Shown here: piece after piece, positions 34,701 through 49,098 of the stretch
Numbering within the stretch: position 1 is the first letter of the stretch
Layout of the letters: the number at the start of each line of letters is the position of its first letter
Source of the DNA: Hyphochytrium catenoides
Taxonomy: Eukaryota > Protista > Hyphochytriomycota
Reading direction: 5' to 3'
NCBI GenBank assembly: GCA_900088475.1
Contig: FLMG01001116.1
Span: 33,013-97,012 of the forward strand
DNA length: 64,000 nucleotides
Notes under the pieces: generated by a model
What the model saw: only the letters and a program-made list of their open reading frames with translations
Database searches by the model: none
Told to the model about the DNA's origin: nothing
Made by a program: the position numbers and the translations under genes

Positions 34701-37700
34701 ATAGAAAATGAAGTTGACAAACAGAGAAGTCATTCCCAGAGCCACGTTGTGGTCATGGGATCCGTTATCCACCGACTTACCCCTGTGGCGGTCTTGAGGA
34801 TATCTCAAACCGCGGTTGAGATAAGTCAACCACAAGGGTCCTCCGACGCCAATCCCCCTATAAATAACGTTAGGACGTTGGAAAAGGTTGAGATAAGGAG
34901 GTCAACCAAGTGACAGTGAAGTGATGCATATAACCATCCAGTCTTTATATAAAATGCCTATGTTACCTGTTTGAAAGGATGATCGATGCCATTAACAAGA
35001 AGGGACCGTTGCTCGTTGACCCCCTGGGTGTTTGTAGCCTCAGGCGGAGGGCCTGTGAAGAGTTGCACCTGTGCACAAAGAAAATTACTTCACCTGAAGA
35101 AAGGAATAGGGAAAGTCGCAAACTTCAGTTTGGATTAATCAGCTGTAACAACGAGACTGTCGTTCGTGTGATAAGGCTCTGAGAGGGATCCATAATCCCC
35201 AGAAAGCATTACCAGATTGGCCTTAGCTCGATGAATTGCACTGCCATATTCGTCCTTATCAATTCGAAATCGTCCAAAGGGACGGCCCGGGATAGTCGGC
35301 AGCAGGAGTTGGGGGGGAGAGCGATGACAAAAGAGGACAAGGCGAGAAGAAGACGGAAATTCTACGACAGAAGCCTTCAGGACATGGAGCTTCTTTGCAT
35401 GTCCGACTTCGTCCTCGTGGGAAATGACCACCGCGTCACCCACAGTGAGTGGTGGCTCTCCATTAAGGGTGGGGGTATCATCTCTTCTGCAAAAAGTAAG
35501 GAAATAGCCACCACCCTTTGACCGTGCTGCAGCAGCACCCGGCGCACCGGAGCCCGAGAATTGCTCCTCTTCGACCCTGAGAAGTGCCATGTTGCTCATA
35601 CATCGACCCTAAATCATGAGGGTAGAAGGTTATCACTCTCAATATATGGAGGGTATGAACGCCAGATAATAGAGCCAGAGAAGCAGACTGAGAGAACAGT
35701 GGCAAGGTATGACGGAAGGAGTCTAGTTGGCTACCCGTCACCTTCTGTTCTCTATCCAAACTGCTCTGTGTCCAGATCTCACGACGGAGTTGTCCAAAGT
35801 TTCGATACTCTTTGTCCAGAAGTTTGTCCCAGTGCTGAAAGTACTATTATCCCGCGAAGGGTTGTGGTAGAAAGGGGGGCAATCGTTATTTTCTTGCGCA
35901 GGTAATGAAAGGGAAGAGCTGAAGAACTAATCCAACAGGTTCCTGTCAAAAGTGCCAAGTCATGGCTAACATAGGAGCTGAAGGAGCTCTAGACAGCGGA
36001 GGTCTGTAACATAAAGAGAAAAGGACCACACACAAGCTGCCAGCTACCAAGGATTTGCCCCATGCTGGCATCGGCCCATGTACAAAGGTCCAGGCAGTGG
36101 CGAGAAACTCCGCTAATATAGTTTACGTCTCACCTGCAAGGCTGGCTCATCCAGATGTCCAGTGACCCCGTCAAAAATCTCTGCGATTCCCGCTGAAGAA
36201 GAATCTCCGTTTTCTATCGCTTTGTGATAGAGCATGCATTCGGCTTGCTGGTAGCACCGGCCACACTCTCCATGTGATCGCAGCAACGCAGGAAGGTGAG
36301 AGCCATAGGAAGAGAGAGAAGACTCCGCCGCCCTAATTTGACAACAACACACAACGAGGTTAGTGATCGAGTCCGCTACTGTACAGAATCTGCTACACTG
36401 TAGAGAAAGAAAGAAGGGAGGTAACGAATAAAGCAAGCCATCTGGTTTAGGTACCTTGTGACCTCTTTAGCTAGCGAGTTACGCATGAGAAGAAGGCTCC
36501 GAGACAGAGCTCTTGAAGACGCGATACCGTCCATTGCAGGCTCCGATAAATATAGGAGAAGACCATCTCCTCCTACACTAGGCCCGGAGACCTGAGACAT
36601 GCTTGTGAGGTAATATAAGGCAATTATGTCTAGAGGTTAGATTACCTCTCCACCGTATCGCTCTTGTAGAAGAAGGGTGTACAAAATGACCTGCCCTCGG
36701 TGATCCATTTCGCTAAATCGCCGGCTGCCAGTCTTGACCTTTACATTGAACACGTAACTGGTCACTGGGATAAGGAAAATCGTACCGGACAAGTAGGTAG
36801 AAGAGCGATGGACAGTGACAGCACCGTGGCCAGAATATCAAAAGGAGAAGAGGCTGCCACAGGTGCACTACATAACACTCAAGCTAGATTTGTGCCCGAC
36901 AGACAATGAGTTATGTAATAATACGAGAAGATGATAAGGAAGATTGGCCTAGCTACCTCAAGGGGAAGGATCTGCAGCTGTGCACCAGGTCCTTCGCCGA
37001 TACGAACCAGAAGGGTAGCATCTGTGGCGCCTGTAGCAAATACGTCAGCTTTCAAGTGATCACAAAGGCGGCAAGACGTCAGGGTGAATCTTCAGAAGTC
37101 GTTTGACAGAGATCTCTGAGGACTGGGCAAAGTGGACTGACTTCTACCTTTTATGCCCCAACAAGATGACCATATCATATCTTCAGTCTGAATAACATTG
37201 ACAACCTGCACTGCCTTCCCTTCCTGGACTCCTGAACCAGAAGAAAAGCGCACAGTTCCAGACATTTGATCCTGTGTGACCTTCAGCGGTTCCCTGCTGG
37301 CGGTCAAAATCTGGCCCTGTCGGGAGGACGCTTCTTGCTGCTCAGTCCAGGCAGAGAAAACTCTCATCCACTGAGTAATATGGGGAACGACATTTTCAAG
37401 CTCCCTCTTCGCCTCTTCTTCGGTGAGATCAACTTCCCATAAGGCTAGTAGACTTAAAAAGGACGAGCGCATGGTCATAAAGCAAGGGGTACCGGAGAAA
37501 ACTTTTAGAGCGCCTCGATTTGAATGTGCACATCAACTGCGGCTAGAAACAGAGTAGCACAGGGGAGGTGGGAGAACTGATTGGCCGCTAGAGCCTATCA
37601 GGCTAGACTTGACAAAAGCAAGAGAGCAGGAGATGGGGCGAACCTATTCTCTAGGAGCGGGTCGATCTGTTCGATCAGCTGCTGGTCTGAGCAGATCTTT

Positions 37701-40559
37701 TGGTTCAAGGCCAGTTCAAAAAGATCATGCTTCAGGCTGCCCAGGGTTGCCTTAGGGCTCAGCGCATTAGACCAGGACCAGGGCATCCGCTGGAGTCAAA
37801 CACGAGAGACAGTAGAGATGTAAAGTAGTTGACATGGTCAGTCACGTCTAGGAGAAGGGTCAAAGTCTCGACGACATGAGTCAGACGGTTGGTGGTTTGG
37901 GGAGGACCCAAACAGGAGGAATAGAGCGCACTCTTATCTCCTTCGCAGCGAGGGCCGGTAAGAGGCAAGGCAAAAGTGTATAATAATTGTGCTGCGGAAG
38001 ATGGACAAATAGGAGCGCTTTCTCGAAGGCAAGCAAAGTTCTCTTATTACCTCTTGCAGAACTGCTCTTCTGGTGCACTTTACGGCCTCTAAGACCTGCC
38101 GGGCAGAGATCTGGGACAGAGAGAATGATGTAGATTAGAATTTTTGTCACGACAAGACGAACAAGCAGCGCCGTGACGAAGTCCAGGTGCCATCAAAATG
38201 TAATAGGAGGAGCTTCGCTAACTGACAACCCAATGACAGGGCACGTACCAGCGTGTCAGGATTAAGGATAAGGTAGTTGCTATCATCGTCCACCACAATC
38301 ATCGTGCAGCCCTCTCTCCAATCATCAAGGCTTCCATCCTGCACGATGTTGACTGTGTCGCCGACCTGCATTGCGCTTCGTCAGCCAACCAATTCCCTCT
38401 TTCCTTATGCCACATGACAACAACGTGATGACGACACGCACCTCGATCTCTGAGTCATACCAGTCACCCTTAATCAAAAGTTGGAGTTCCTTCTCTTCTT
38501 CCTCCATATCCATATGCTGTCCTTGGATGACTCGAGCTTTCTCCAGAAGGCGAAGGCTCTTCTCTCTCTCCCTCTGAGAGTCTTCTACTTCTAACACTAG
38601 GCATCTCAGCCAGGAAAATTGGCGGAATCGAGATAGGGGCCGAGAAGCAAGGCTAACAATAATCACTGATCAGTGACCAGCCTACAACCCATCAAGTGAT
38701 TACTTTTCACCTATCATTCGTCTGCAAAGCCAAATAGTCGTCTGGCCTGCCCAGACGACCCTCTTTCGCGTACTGTCGTCGGCTGTAATCGTCCAGCTGC
38801 AAGAGCCACCATTTCCCAAAGACCAAAAAAAAGAGATAAGGAAGAGAGATGGAGGAGGGCCAGGGGCGGAAAACTCGACACTACAAGGAGACGGAGACGA
38901 CGTATTCGATGGATAGGTACTGATAGAATGGCGAGGAGAACTCACCGGTGCAGGTACAGCGTCCAGACCACCATGGCAGAGGCGAGGTGTCACATGCGAG
39001 GGCGCTGGAGGGGGGAAAGAAGGCGATGGAGCAGGCGAAGGTGCAGATGAGAAAGGCGCAGGGGCAGCAGAAGGCGTAGTCAGGCTATTCATGACGTCGA
39101 CCGCTGCCGCTAGCCACTCTTCATCATCCTCATAGAAGGACGACTTCTCAGTATCCGCAGAGCCCGGACTAGGGGTAGGCTCTCCTCCATTGGATTGCGG
39201 TATTTGAACGCTGCCTCTTCCTATCTTCCTGCAACCTTCGACCGGTGGATCAACAATGCGCCCAGAACTTGTGGGCGCCAGACTGGTTTCTCCCTTAATA
39301 GCAGGTGCGCCCGTGTCTAACCGGTTTTGCAAGCCCTCCTTCCCGCTGGGACTAAATTCTTTGTCGAGCTGCCAGTAATGCGTGGGGAGTGGGACGATGT
39401 AAGTAGGAGCAATGCGAGATGCCAAAGTGCAAGGCTTAATGTAGCAAGAAAGCGATGCGCAGCAAGATACATAGAGAGGGGGGCAAACCCCAGCTGATCA
39501 GAAAGCAGATCAGCTTATAGCAAAGGCAGGTGAGGGTAGTGAGTCAAGAACTGCAACTAACAGGACAACCTATCTAATAAAGAAACGACTATACTTGGGA
39601 GACATGCGCGCAGACCTTGTCTAAGATATTCATTATGGGGTCACGAGGGCTACTCGCTCCTGGGAATCCTTCCTCCTTCGCTGGCCTCCGGACAACAGGA
39701 GTAGACGGAGGATCTTGGAGGGAGATATGGCGATGTGACCCACTTCTCCTTCTCATTATTCCGTCTATGACTACCCCGCGGCCTGTTTTTTCATCTAATT
39801 GAAGAGATGAGGAAAGCTTTTGTGGACAAGGAGATCGAGGCGGAAGCGGACTAGGCGTCGTAAGAGAGCGCTTTAGAGGAGGACGAAGGTCTTCCACATC
39901 AGGCGTCTCTTTCCAATCTCGTGCTTTTTGCCTTCTCAAATTGCTTTTTTTCTTCCTTTCATTAGCCTGTCCGTCCTTCTCCCCTTGGCCGAGAGTCCCG
40001 CTTGGCAATAGGGCAGAGGATGCAGGGATAGGAATGGAGGAAGAAGAGAAGGCGGCATGCGTCTGTGCTCGGCTCTGGCTCTCCAGCCAATTCGCGAGGT
40101 TCCCAGTGCTGAGAGGCAATGCTGCTTCAGCTCTCAAGTCGTCGTCGCTCTGGTCCCTGTTGTTCTCACTCTTGTGAGGCACAGGAGAAACCTCCGCCAG
40201 TCTGCTTACGAAGCCTTGGATTTCCTGCTCCACATTTCGCCTAAGTAAGAGAAGGGTGAGGAAACCAAGCTCTGCGTAGATACATGTCGACAGATCCTCT
40301 ATATCAGCGGAGGAGACTCGATTGGAGGCTGACAAGTCAAGGCGCAGAGCGGGTAGAAGGATATTAAGCAAGATATAAGGGAACACTGCGGAAGAAGGAG
40401 AGGCTGCGTCATAGGCAATGTGTAGAAGGATGTCTTCATCGTGGCTAACCTTCCTCCGCCTGAAGGCAGAAGCCTTGAAGCAACTGGTGATTCCTTCCAA
40501 TAGACCCCTTCTTCCTCCTCCTCTTGCAAAGCGCCATCCTCCTTACCACCGGCAAACAT
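31786..40559 (-). CDS. DNA2: DNA replication ATP-dependent helicase/nuclease DNA2, more than 20 exons
   Basis: Nuclease and Fe-S motifs: [61 protein letters not shown]1 helicase motifs: [81 protein letters not shown]. The start is approximate. Confidence 0.93.
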
Positions 40560-41306
40560 CCTTCCTGTTAGCTTGACATCGTACTCTTGAAGCCACGAGG
40601 CAAGAATGTAGAACAGAGACACATTCTCCAGAGAAAGTTGAGAAGATGCGTCGCACCACTGAAAGCCGCAACCAGAGAATCAACCAGGAAGAGGGAAGGA
40701 CGAAGAGAATCAGACAACGGAAGAAGAATAGCCTCCTAGCACCATCCTCTCTTAGCTCTGATGAGAAGCATTGGCCTCAAGCTTTCAACCATAAGGACAC
40801 TGGACAAGTCTGCCGAGCCTCGTCTGCCTGTCTTGACTGTCTCCTCTCTCTCTCTGTCTTTCCCTCCTCCCTCCGTCTCTCTCTGTCTTCTCTTTAGCCT
40901 CCCTTTCCATTCCCTGCCTCCCACATCGCATCATCAGCGGTCGGTGGTGGGCCATCCTCCTCTCTCTGCTTGTCACTTCACTCGCCCAGCAGCAGCCGAT
41001 CAGCGCTTGAGGATGATGGACTAGGGAGGAGCAAACCTTTTTTACCTTTCAAACATTCCCTCACAGTGAGGGACTCTGCTCCAAGATTACATGCTAATTC
41101 GTGATACAGCGATGAGTTCTATAGAATCTCTTCCATCATAAACTTCCTCACCAGCAAACATTAAAGGAAAGAGTGAAGTAATAGGTTTCCATAGCATTCA
41201 AATATTCTTTACTTTTCAACAGCTAAATGTTTCAGAACTATTGCTTGCGCTGTATTTAGAATCGAGAAGAACCACTTTTCTTGGAGCGAAAAGTTCTTCC
41301 CGCCAA

Positions 41307-41374
41307 AGAAGAAGAGAAGGTTTTTGCGGATTTTATTGCCAGAAGAAGAGAAGGTTTTTGCGGATTTTATTGCC
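41307..41374. repeat. Perfect 2 x 34-bp tandem duplication
   Basis: agaagaagagaaggtttttgcggattttattgcc occurs at 41307-41340 and again at 41341-41374. Confidence 0.95.
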
Positions 41375-41630
41375 AAGAAGGCCGATGGAGCCGCAGCTTA
41401 TTGGGCTCGGCCTCAGCGCTACCTGCACCAGAGATCTGACTGTTGGCGTACGTAGTTTGGTGCGAGGTAACTTCTTTTCTGTCTCATTGGTTGCCGGCAG
41501 CCGGAGACCTAATTATTCTAGAAGCAGGCACGAGAACAGAAAGAGAGAGAGAGGTTGGCTCATGTCATCAAAGGTCATAGCGATACAGGTAGTGCTTCTT
41601 CTTATACCTTCCATCCGGAGGTAGGCACAC

Positions 41631-43621
41631 TCAGCCCGCTCCTCTAGCCCTTTGCTCCGCCGCCGTGTCTGTCTTGAGGAGTAACGAATGTAGCGAAGCG
41701 GCTGCTTGGCATACTTGGCTAGCTCTCCGCCAAGTCCCAGGAAGCTGAATGAAGAGCCTGCTATCGCAATTGTGGTCAACGTCTGGAAGTACGGCGGAGC
41801 TATATTGTGCGGAGAGCTCTACGTGTTGCAGTGAGGTAATAGAAGGAGAACATATGTCTAGTGCAAGGTACAGATAGAGTGTCAACTCTAGCGGAGATTC
41901 ACAAGAGAGACGATACTGGCAAAAAGAGATAAGGATTGCTGAAATATTGCCTGTTAGGACGTCAAGGACTCAAGCCACAACTCACCGGGCCGACTCTCTC
42001 TGGTCGCGGTCTCTGTAGCCAGAAGACATTCCTCAAGTTCGTTGTTATGGTCACCATCCTCAGTCTTCTTCTTCTTCACCTCATAGGACATCAAGAAGTT
42101 ATCTTGAATCTGCAAGGGCAAGCATTAGTACCCAGCATGTATCTTAAAGAGCTAAGCTACATGCCAAGCTAATGAGCACAGAGTGACATACCCAAAACTG
42201 CACCGTATTCAGGACACATGGGCACAGGATCATCACAAAAATAAGTTCCTCCATAGGTCGCTCCTTGAACATCGCAGATAGAAGGTTCCCGAGGTGTCCG
42301 AGGGAGTGGGCCGAGGCGAAGAGCAATAGCATAATAAGGATCTTGGAGAGCATAATGATCAGGAGCCAGGCGACTAGCTGCGCCAGCCAAGCACTGTCAG
42401 AGATCACATAGTGACAGGGTGAGAACGAGGCCCAGAACCTAAAGCAGGAGGAAAGGAGTCCAAGGGAGGACAGGGGCGTCCTGTCGCATAGCCTTTGAGG
42501 CGATGGCTCCAACTGCCCAAAATGATGGGGGAATAGCAGTCAAAAGGGAAGAGCTTGTCTAGATTCTCAGGCTGTTGGCAACTTTCCTCTAGAGAGGCCA
42601 AAGAACTTGAACACTTATGACGGGTAGAGGAGGCCAACACAGAGATCGGATCAGTCGAGTGAGTCGGACTTACGCCAGTTCCGGTGGGTCTCCGTATTCT
42701 CCTGTTTGTTCCAGATGCTTCCATCGATTTACGGTAGCATAGAACTCCAACATCATGAGAGCCACTGCATAATTCCTTTAATTAATGCTTTTGAAATAAG
42801 GCCTTCCATGAACTTACCGACACAGATCACCATCCCCATAGTCGTATCCAGAAGGAAGTTGATGAAGTACCAAGCGCACTGAGGAGCCACCGTCAGGAGA
42901 AATAAAGCCATAAATGTAATGAACATGAGGTCTATCGTGTACATACTTTTGGAGATAGAGAAAAGGGAGCGTTTGAATGGTTAACATGGTGAAGGCGGCA
43001 GAAGTCTGAGTCGCAGGGAGGACGGAAGAGCAAAAAGTGGAAGCCCTTGCAGAACAGGACTTGGCAGACGGTAAGCCGTCTGGCTAAAGAGTGAAGGATA
43101 AGTAAAGCCAAGCGAGAGTAATGTACCTCGTCTGTTGTCCCTGGCAGCTCCATGGCGACTATAATGTTTATTACATGCGCAAAAAATGCCTACTTGACGA
43201 GGACCGAAGGCATATAACGTACCACGGAGAAAGTGTTAGTCGTCTTGGTAGGTGTACGCAGATGACGCTCTTACCCCTATCCCTTGCTTGGATACATCCA
43301 GTATCCAGACCTGAGGTAGAGACAGAAAGAGTTACGCGTTAGAACATGGCACACTAAGTTGGCTTCTTTGAGAACTGATCCACAGTGACTACGGCCGTTT
43401 GTATGGCCATCGTCCTCTATAGAGCTATCTAACCTGGGACCTACCAAAAGTGGACGCTTCGGCTCCTCTTTCTGTCGCTTGTACCATAGCGAGCTAAACG
43501 CGATACATCCTAGTGCGATCTGTACGAAGTATGAACCTGTTCCAGAAAGCAGCCGGCACTCTCCTGCTCTATACTGAATTGGGTCTGCCACCTGATCGAT
43601 AGTCAGGACGAGCGCCTCCAT
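41631..43621 (-). CDS. STIMATE/TMEM110 (YPL162C-like) multi-pass membrane protein
   Basis: Motifs ECRLL...FVQIALG, LWYKRQKEEPKRPLLVWILDVSKQG, CAWYFINFLLDTTMG, GEYGDPP, WLAQLVAWL and ELIFVMILCPCVLNTVQFWIQDNFL are present. The 3' end is approximate. Confidence 0.85.
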
Positions 43622-44143
43622 CTATCCAATGAGATAACGTATCTATCCGAAAGCGTAGGATGGAGACCGCTCTTGAGATTGACAGAGGTTTGCTTGTATG
43701 TCAAGGAGACGGTCGAATAGTGGAAGTAGCGAGGCTTGCAGGAGTTACGTTGTGGCCCTTCCTCTCGTCTCCTCTGCGTCTCAAAAAAGGTTACCAACGC
43801 TTGGAGCTTCAGTGTGCCCCCCTACTCAGGTCTCGCACAGGAAGAAAGACCTTAAGATCGGAATTCAGGTATTTCTATGCTGTGCTCCCATCGCACGAGC
43901 AACCGAGTGCCAGCGATCTCAAGAGTTTGAGACCGGAGACTGTGCAGAGTGACGCTGATGAAGAGAAGTGCGAGCTCAAGAGAACGATCGCCAACAACTT
44001 TGGGGCGTAACCTTTGGGTGAAGCGCAACTTCCATAATGAACCTCTCACACTCGAAAGAAACAGAAGAACCAAACGAGCTATGAAACCTTGAGAAAGACG
44101 ATGGCGAGTTATGCCTAATATGAAAGATTCATTTCTTGAAATC

Positions 44144-47100
44144 TTAGAAAAGGTTTCGGTGGTCCAAGGGGAGCTCTGAGCGGTTCGGACCAACAGCTTG
44201 AAGTTTCTTTTGGAGATGCTGAGGATCTGTGTAGAAGTGCACCCAGAGCTCACGCTCTTCCTGTGCCCACCGATCATGAGCCACGCGCTGATGGACAGAA
44301 GCAAGCAGACAATCGTTAGTGCGCAGCAGCCTCAGAAGAAGCCGACTCTATCGGAGGAGGAAAGAGGTAGAGGGGAGATATGGGACTTTTTAAGAGGTAG
44401 GAGGCTGAGAAGACCCACGTCCGTGAGGTCGATCTGCGTGCAAGGTCTGTAGAAGGAAGCGATATTTCCTGTGCTCACCTTAGAAGCAGCAATGTACGCT
44501 TGAACAATGGCAGCGGCTTCTTCCTCAAGCTTCTGGACAGCTATTTGCGACTCCTTATGCTTCCCTTCTAGAGTATTGGTGTGCATTGCTGCCTCAGAAC
44601 GACTAACTCCTTCGCTGTCAAGCCCACATGAGCTGTCTGGAAAGAGGGTATTTTTTAGAGCAATCACCTCTCGAGAAAGAGATAAAATGTCTTTCTGAAA
44701 GGCCGCTTCCAAGTTTCTTCTTTGATCTTGGACAGAAACTTCCTTAGACGATAGCTTATCAAACACTTTACGCATGTCGAAGATGGAGATGTATTTCTTG
44801 AGCATTTCTCCTAATGGCCCAGATGCCGACAAGCATTGTAAGTAGGTGGATGAGGCCATAAAGTGAGAAATCGTGGGCAACGGAGTTGCAAGGTTGGGAC
44901 AGGCAAGGACAAGCAGAGGATTGCTGGTACCAAAAGGACACGCTCATGGTAACTCAAGTCAAAAGAGCGGCATAACACAAGTATAAACAGTATCCGCAGC
45001 AATTTTTTTTCAGACAGTCCGACGCAATCCACCTACCTTTTTGGTCCTCGACAGCCAGGAGCTTGTACAAGGACTGGCAAAAGTGATCGCGTGGGTCCAC
45101 GACATCTCTCTCCATTAAACCTCGACGATGAGACTCTTCTTGGTACTTGACCTGCGACGGAACCATGGGAATCAAGAGTCTTATGTAATCGAACGCCACG
45201 AACGATAGAACAGCTTAGACGGCTAGAGAGTGCTTACCATCCGCTCCATGGCTTCTGCGTTCATGTCGTTTAGATTCTGTCGCATGGTGCTTCCCAGCGC
45301 CTTTAGCTGAGACAATCGAGCGATATCGCTCGTGACTACCGCAGTTAGGTAGCTGTCAGTTGAAAGAAAATTCTTAGCATCAGTTCCGCAGGGTAAACAG
45401 TTGAGCTAACCAAACCATAACATCAGGACGATAATGAGGTATTAAGACGGCCGCTTCGCAGGTGTGGCTCACAACGTAGTCAAAATATACCTCAATCGGG
45501 ATTGCTGTCGGATTAACCCTGCAAGCGCAGCCTCTTGAGCGTCAATCAACATATTTTGGCGCTGGATTTTGCTTTCGTAGTCCCCAAAAAGGATTGTTGC
45601 AGTAGCGGATAGGCGGATGTGATCTAATAGCTCAGGTACGTCATGGTTGAGGATATCTGCAGTCTGGGGTATTTCGTAAGACATCAAAACATTGAGAAGC
45701 TCGACGGAGAGCTTACTTACGGCTTCACTAGCTTCAGCCCTGGCTACTCGCGTCTCTTGAAGCATTTCTCTTCAAGTTTATTGGCATAAGATATGAGGTG
45801 TTAAGCATTATGGCGGAGCGCAATGGTCATTTAAGAGGAAGGTTTGCAAAGCAGCTAGGTTCTCAGGCCGAGAGGTAGAAAATACCAACGAAAGAGTGCG
45901 AATGAACTTTTCTCACCTCAACACAGCCACATCCATGGCTTCAAATCTCCTTCTCAGCTCTTCTGTCTGCCGATGCTGTTGCGTAATAGCCTTCGCTCGA
46001 CGGACCTTGGCAGAGATTAGACGTCTTTCACTCTTGACATACGCTTTTTGAAGTCGTCCAAGTTCCAAACAGGCACTAAACAGGTAGCAGAGTTAATTAT
46101 GCCTCAATGGGAAGCAGCCCCAAAAGTAGGTAAACCCCCTGACAAATAGGAGGAATAACTTTGCCACGTTTGGATATCAGCGAACGATGGTGGTAGCATA
46201 AGATCGATATCTAGCAGGAGTCCGAAACGACCGATAACCTCAAAAGTAAACTGAAAGAGCTGAAAATGTTAGACGCAAAGAGGTAGAAAGCGCTCGTCGG
46301 ACAAATAGGTGGACGACAGACATGTCATATTCTTCGGCACTGCGGCCAGAGAGTCGGAGGTCTGCGGGATCGGCTTCGTGCAACCACATTGGAGCTGTTT
46401 CTTTCATGTCAGTCCTAGAAGCCTTGTTAGCGGCCATTCCAACTCCAAAATATCCTAACCTCTCTGTCAGTACCGTATGAGGCTTTTCTTGTTGATGGCC
46501 ATGAAGCTCGTCCGGTGCTCTCTGAGATAGTCCTTTTCCTGGATAAGCAACCCATCTATCTCCTTTTGGTGCTTGAACATGTAGCTCTGAGTTTTATTCT
46601 GTTCACGTGGAACTGGCACGGAGCTTGAGAGTGTGCCCAACCTCTTGCAGACTACGAGTAGAGCCTTAGCTTTTGGAGAATTAGAGGTATACGCCACAGA
46701 TACCTCGCTTAAGCTCGTTGCAAGCTGCTAAAAGGGCAAGGTCAGCTTGCTCAGCTACTTCTTTGATCTGTGAAATGAGAGGGAGGTGGCACAAACAGCA
46801 ATGACGTCAAAGACATCGTGTACGGATCTGGAGAACTAGGCTACTTAACACCTTGCCGAAGCCCGCTTCTTCCGTCCGGATGGAGGCATTGATTGCCTGA
46901 TTCCTCACAGCTGCTTTCTGAACCTCCTTTTGAATAATGGCTTTCTGCCTCTCCAAGGCTGCACTCCGTTTCTCTAGCCTCCTCACTCGAGCCTTTATGA
47001 GTGCCAGTTTACTCTGCAAGTCATCCTGACTCTGGGCTGGCTAGAGAGGTGTCAAAGAAGGTCGAGAAAGGGAACATGCATCACCTAGGGCCTGATGGCG

Positions 47101-47645
47101 TCAGCTCCCATGGGAGCAAAGTAGCGGCCAGTACCTTTAGTTTCACCTGCTCCTCATATCTTTCCTAGAAAAAATTCATCACCGTTAGCTTTCTGTAGCA
47201 CAAGCTGTCGACAAACCAAGGCCAATGGGTGTTGATGACTCTCAGAAAGTTCAACACTAACCAGTTCGGTATCTGACAGTAGCTCTTTCGCTTCCTTGAG
47301 GTCCTGGTAGATCTGAAGTTCTTCTTCCGTAAGATTAGCAGGTAAAGATTGACTGGTGCTCAAGTTGCTACACAGCCACGCTAACAGAGCCTGCGGACGT
47401 CATAGCAGTTCAGACTGTGAGATGCGTCGCTGCTAGGTTGGAGTTACATTCGTACTGTGCTCGAAGATGTTACTTTCCTGCAGACGAAGCGATGGAAGAC
47501 CGAAGAGAGGATCTATGGCCTCTAGTGTCGGCAATCGAGTGACATAGGCACCATAGTTCTTGCCGAGTCCAAGTGCCTTTAATGTAGAAAGCAGTGCCTG
47601 CGGTCCTCCATTGGCGGCACTATCGGTGCCTTTCGGTCCCATCAT
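44144..47645 (-). CDS. HAUS3: HAUS augmin-like complex subunit 3
   Basis: Motifs LLAWLCSNL...NLTEEELQIYQDL, ELGRLQKAY, ILFGDYESKIQRQ, VVDPRDHFCQSLYKLL and C-terminal ERELWVHFYTDP are present, and the protein is coiled-coil rich. Confidence 0.75.
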
Positions 47646-49098
47646 TGTACTTTAAGATAGAGATACTGATTACATTCGCTCCCCCGAACTTCCTTGGAAG
47701 GCTCGACTTTGAGTATGATGCGAGGACAGATACCTCGTCCTGGTGTCTCCTCCTGGTGCCATAGATCAGAGAGAGTGAAGCGACGATTTCTCTAGGACGG
47801 GAGTGAACCTATCGTACTTCCAGACCTTGGTTACAGTCTGTGTGGCTCTTAGCCGAAAGACCGTTCATATCCGACATTGGATCTGTTGCATGTCTTCAAT
47901 AATCTCTCCTTTCTTGCAGCTGCAGACGAACGCAAGGGTGACGTCGATTTGACAGCAAGAGATAGCGGCTGATGAGCTAATTTTTGAGACTCTGAGCATC
48001 TTTGACGAGCTGTTTCGAAGTTGGCGCCAAATGAGAACCGTCGACCGCTAACGCCTACTTCGAAGGCTAGGACTTGATTACAGACAAACACCCGCACAAA
48101 GGTACTGTAGAGAAAGAAGAACAGGAGCAAAGAGATAGGAACTACGGTAAGCCTAGAACTTCGTACTATGAAGAACAGGAAGTCCGTCACGCAATCAGCG
48201 AGTCATCATGCCCATCATCAGGACAACGATGCAGCGGGGCCGTTCTGGGTCTTAGTAGACTGACAGAAGGCAAATGGACGGATGTTCAAAGTTCAAAGCC
48301 TATCACAGCTCTTACTGCGGAAGGAGCGTGAGATAATGGGCCGCTTGATGATAGAATGAAGACCTGCTGTTGTTGAGGACATGGAGTGCTTGAAAAGAGA
48401 GCAGAAGGCAACCTAGCTTACATAGGCAAATCTCTCCTGGGACGATAATCTGGGGACTTCCCAACCTATACCATGCTATCCAAGCTGGAGATAGAGCGAT
48501 AATATTAACTTACTTAAAATTTTTTCTCTAGGTCGTAAAGCGTAGAGTTTACTAGGTGTTAACAGTGACAATGGGACCATCTGAGCCGTAGTCCTCATTG
48601 TCATTAAGCGACAGACTTCAGACACAGTGTAGGTCCCATCTATCGGTCCCATCTATCAGAGAAGTCCCTGCCAGCCAGGAGCATCTGAATCGGAAGCCAC
48701 CACCGCCCAAACCCAGATGGAGTCAGGAGAGAGTTATGCCAACCATGATGTCTGCAGAGTAGACAGGCCCTTTCGCATATCGTAACACATACAGCTTTCA
48801 GGCGGAGGTCATCTGTCAATAAGGCGATAGGGGCTCTGAAAGCTAAAGCTTGTACGTAGAAAAGAACCTTTGAGAGGATCCTCCATTTCCAACAGAGCTG
48901 GGGGATGCGTTCAGCAACGCAATAAATATCTTCAGGCACGCCGAGGCGAGTTCATCGCATGGTACTGGCACTAAGGCTTGCTTGCAATGCTTGCCGGCTT
49001 ATTACAAAGTGATCCCGGCGTATTCGACCAAGCTCAATGGATATCAACTTCCAAATGAACTCACTTGGACCCCTGGCGTTGATAACCTCGAAATCGGC

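Noticed and set aside
41307-41374. 34-bp direct repeat as a CRISPR-like array
   Set aside because: There are only two adjacent copies with no spacer and no cas genes, in a eukaryotic context.
47391-47477. Possible GA-AG intron in HAUS3 (CAG|gaaagt)
   Set aside because: An in-frame canonical donor (AAT|gtaact) 27 nt further on gives a 57-nt GT-AG intron, within the size range seen here. A non-canonical donor cannot be claimed without reads.
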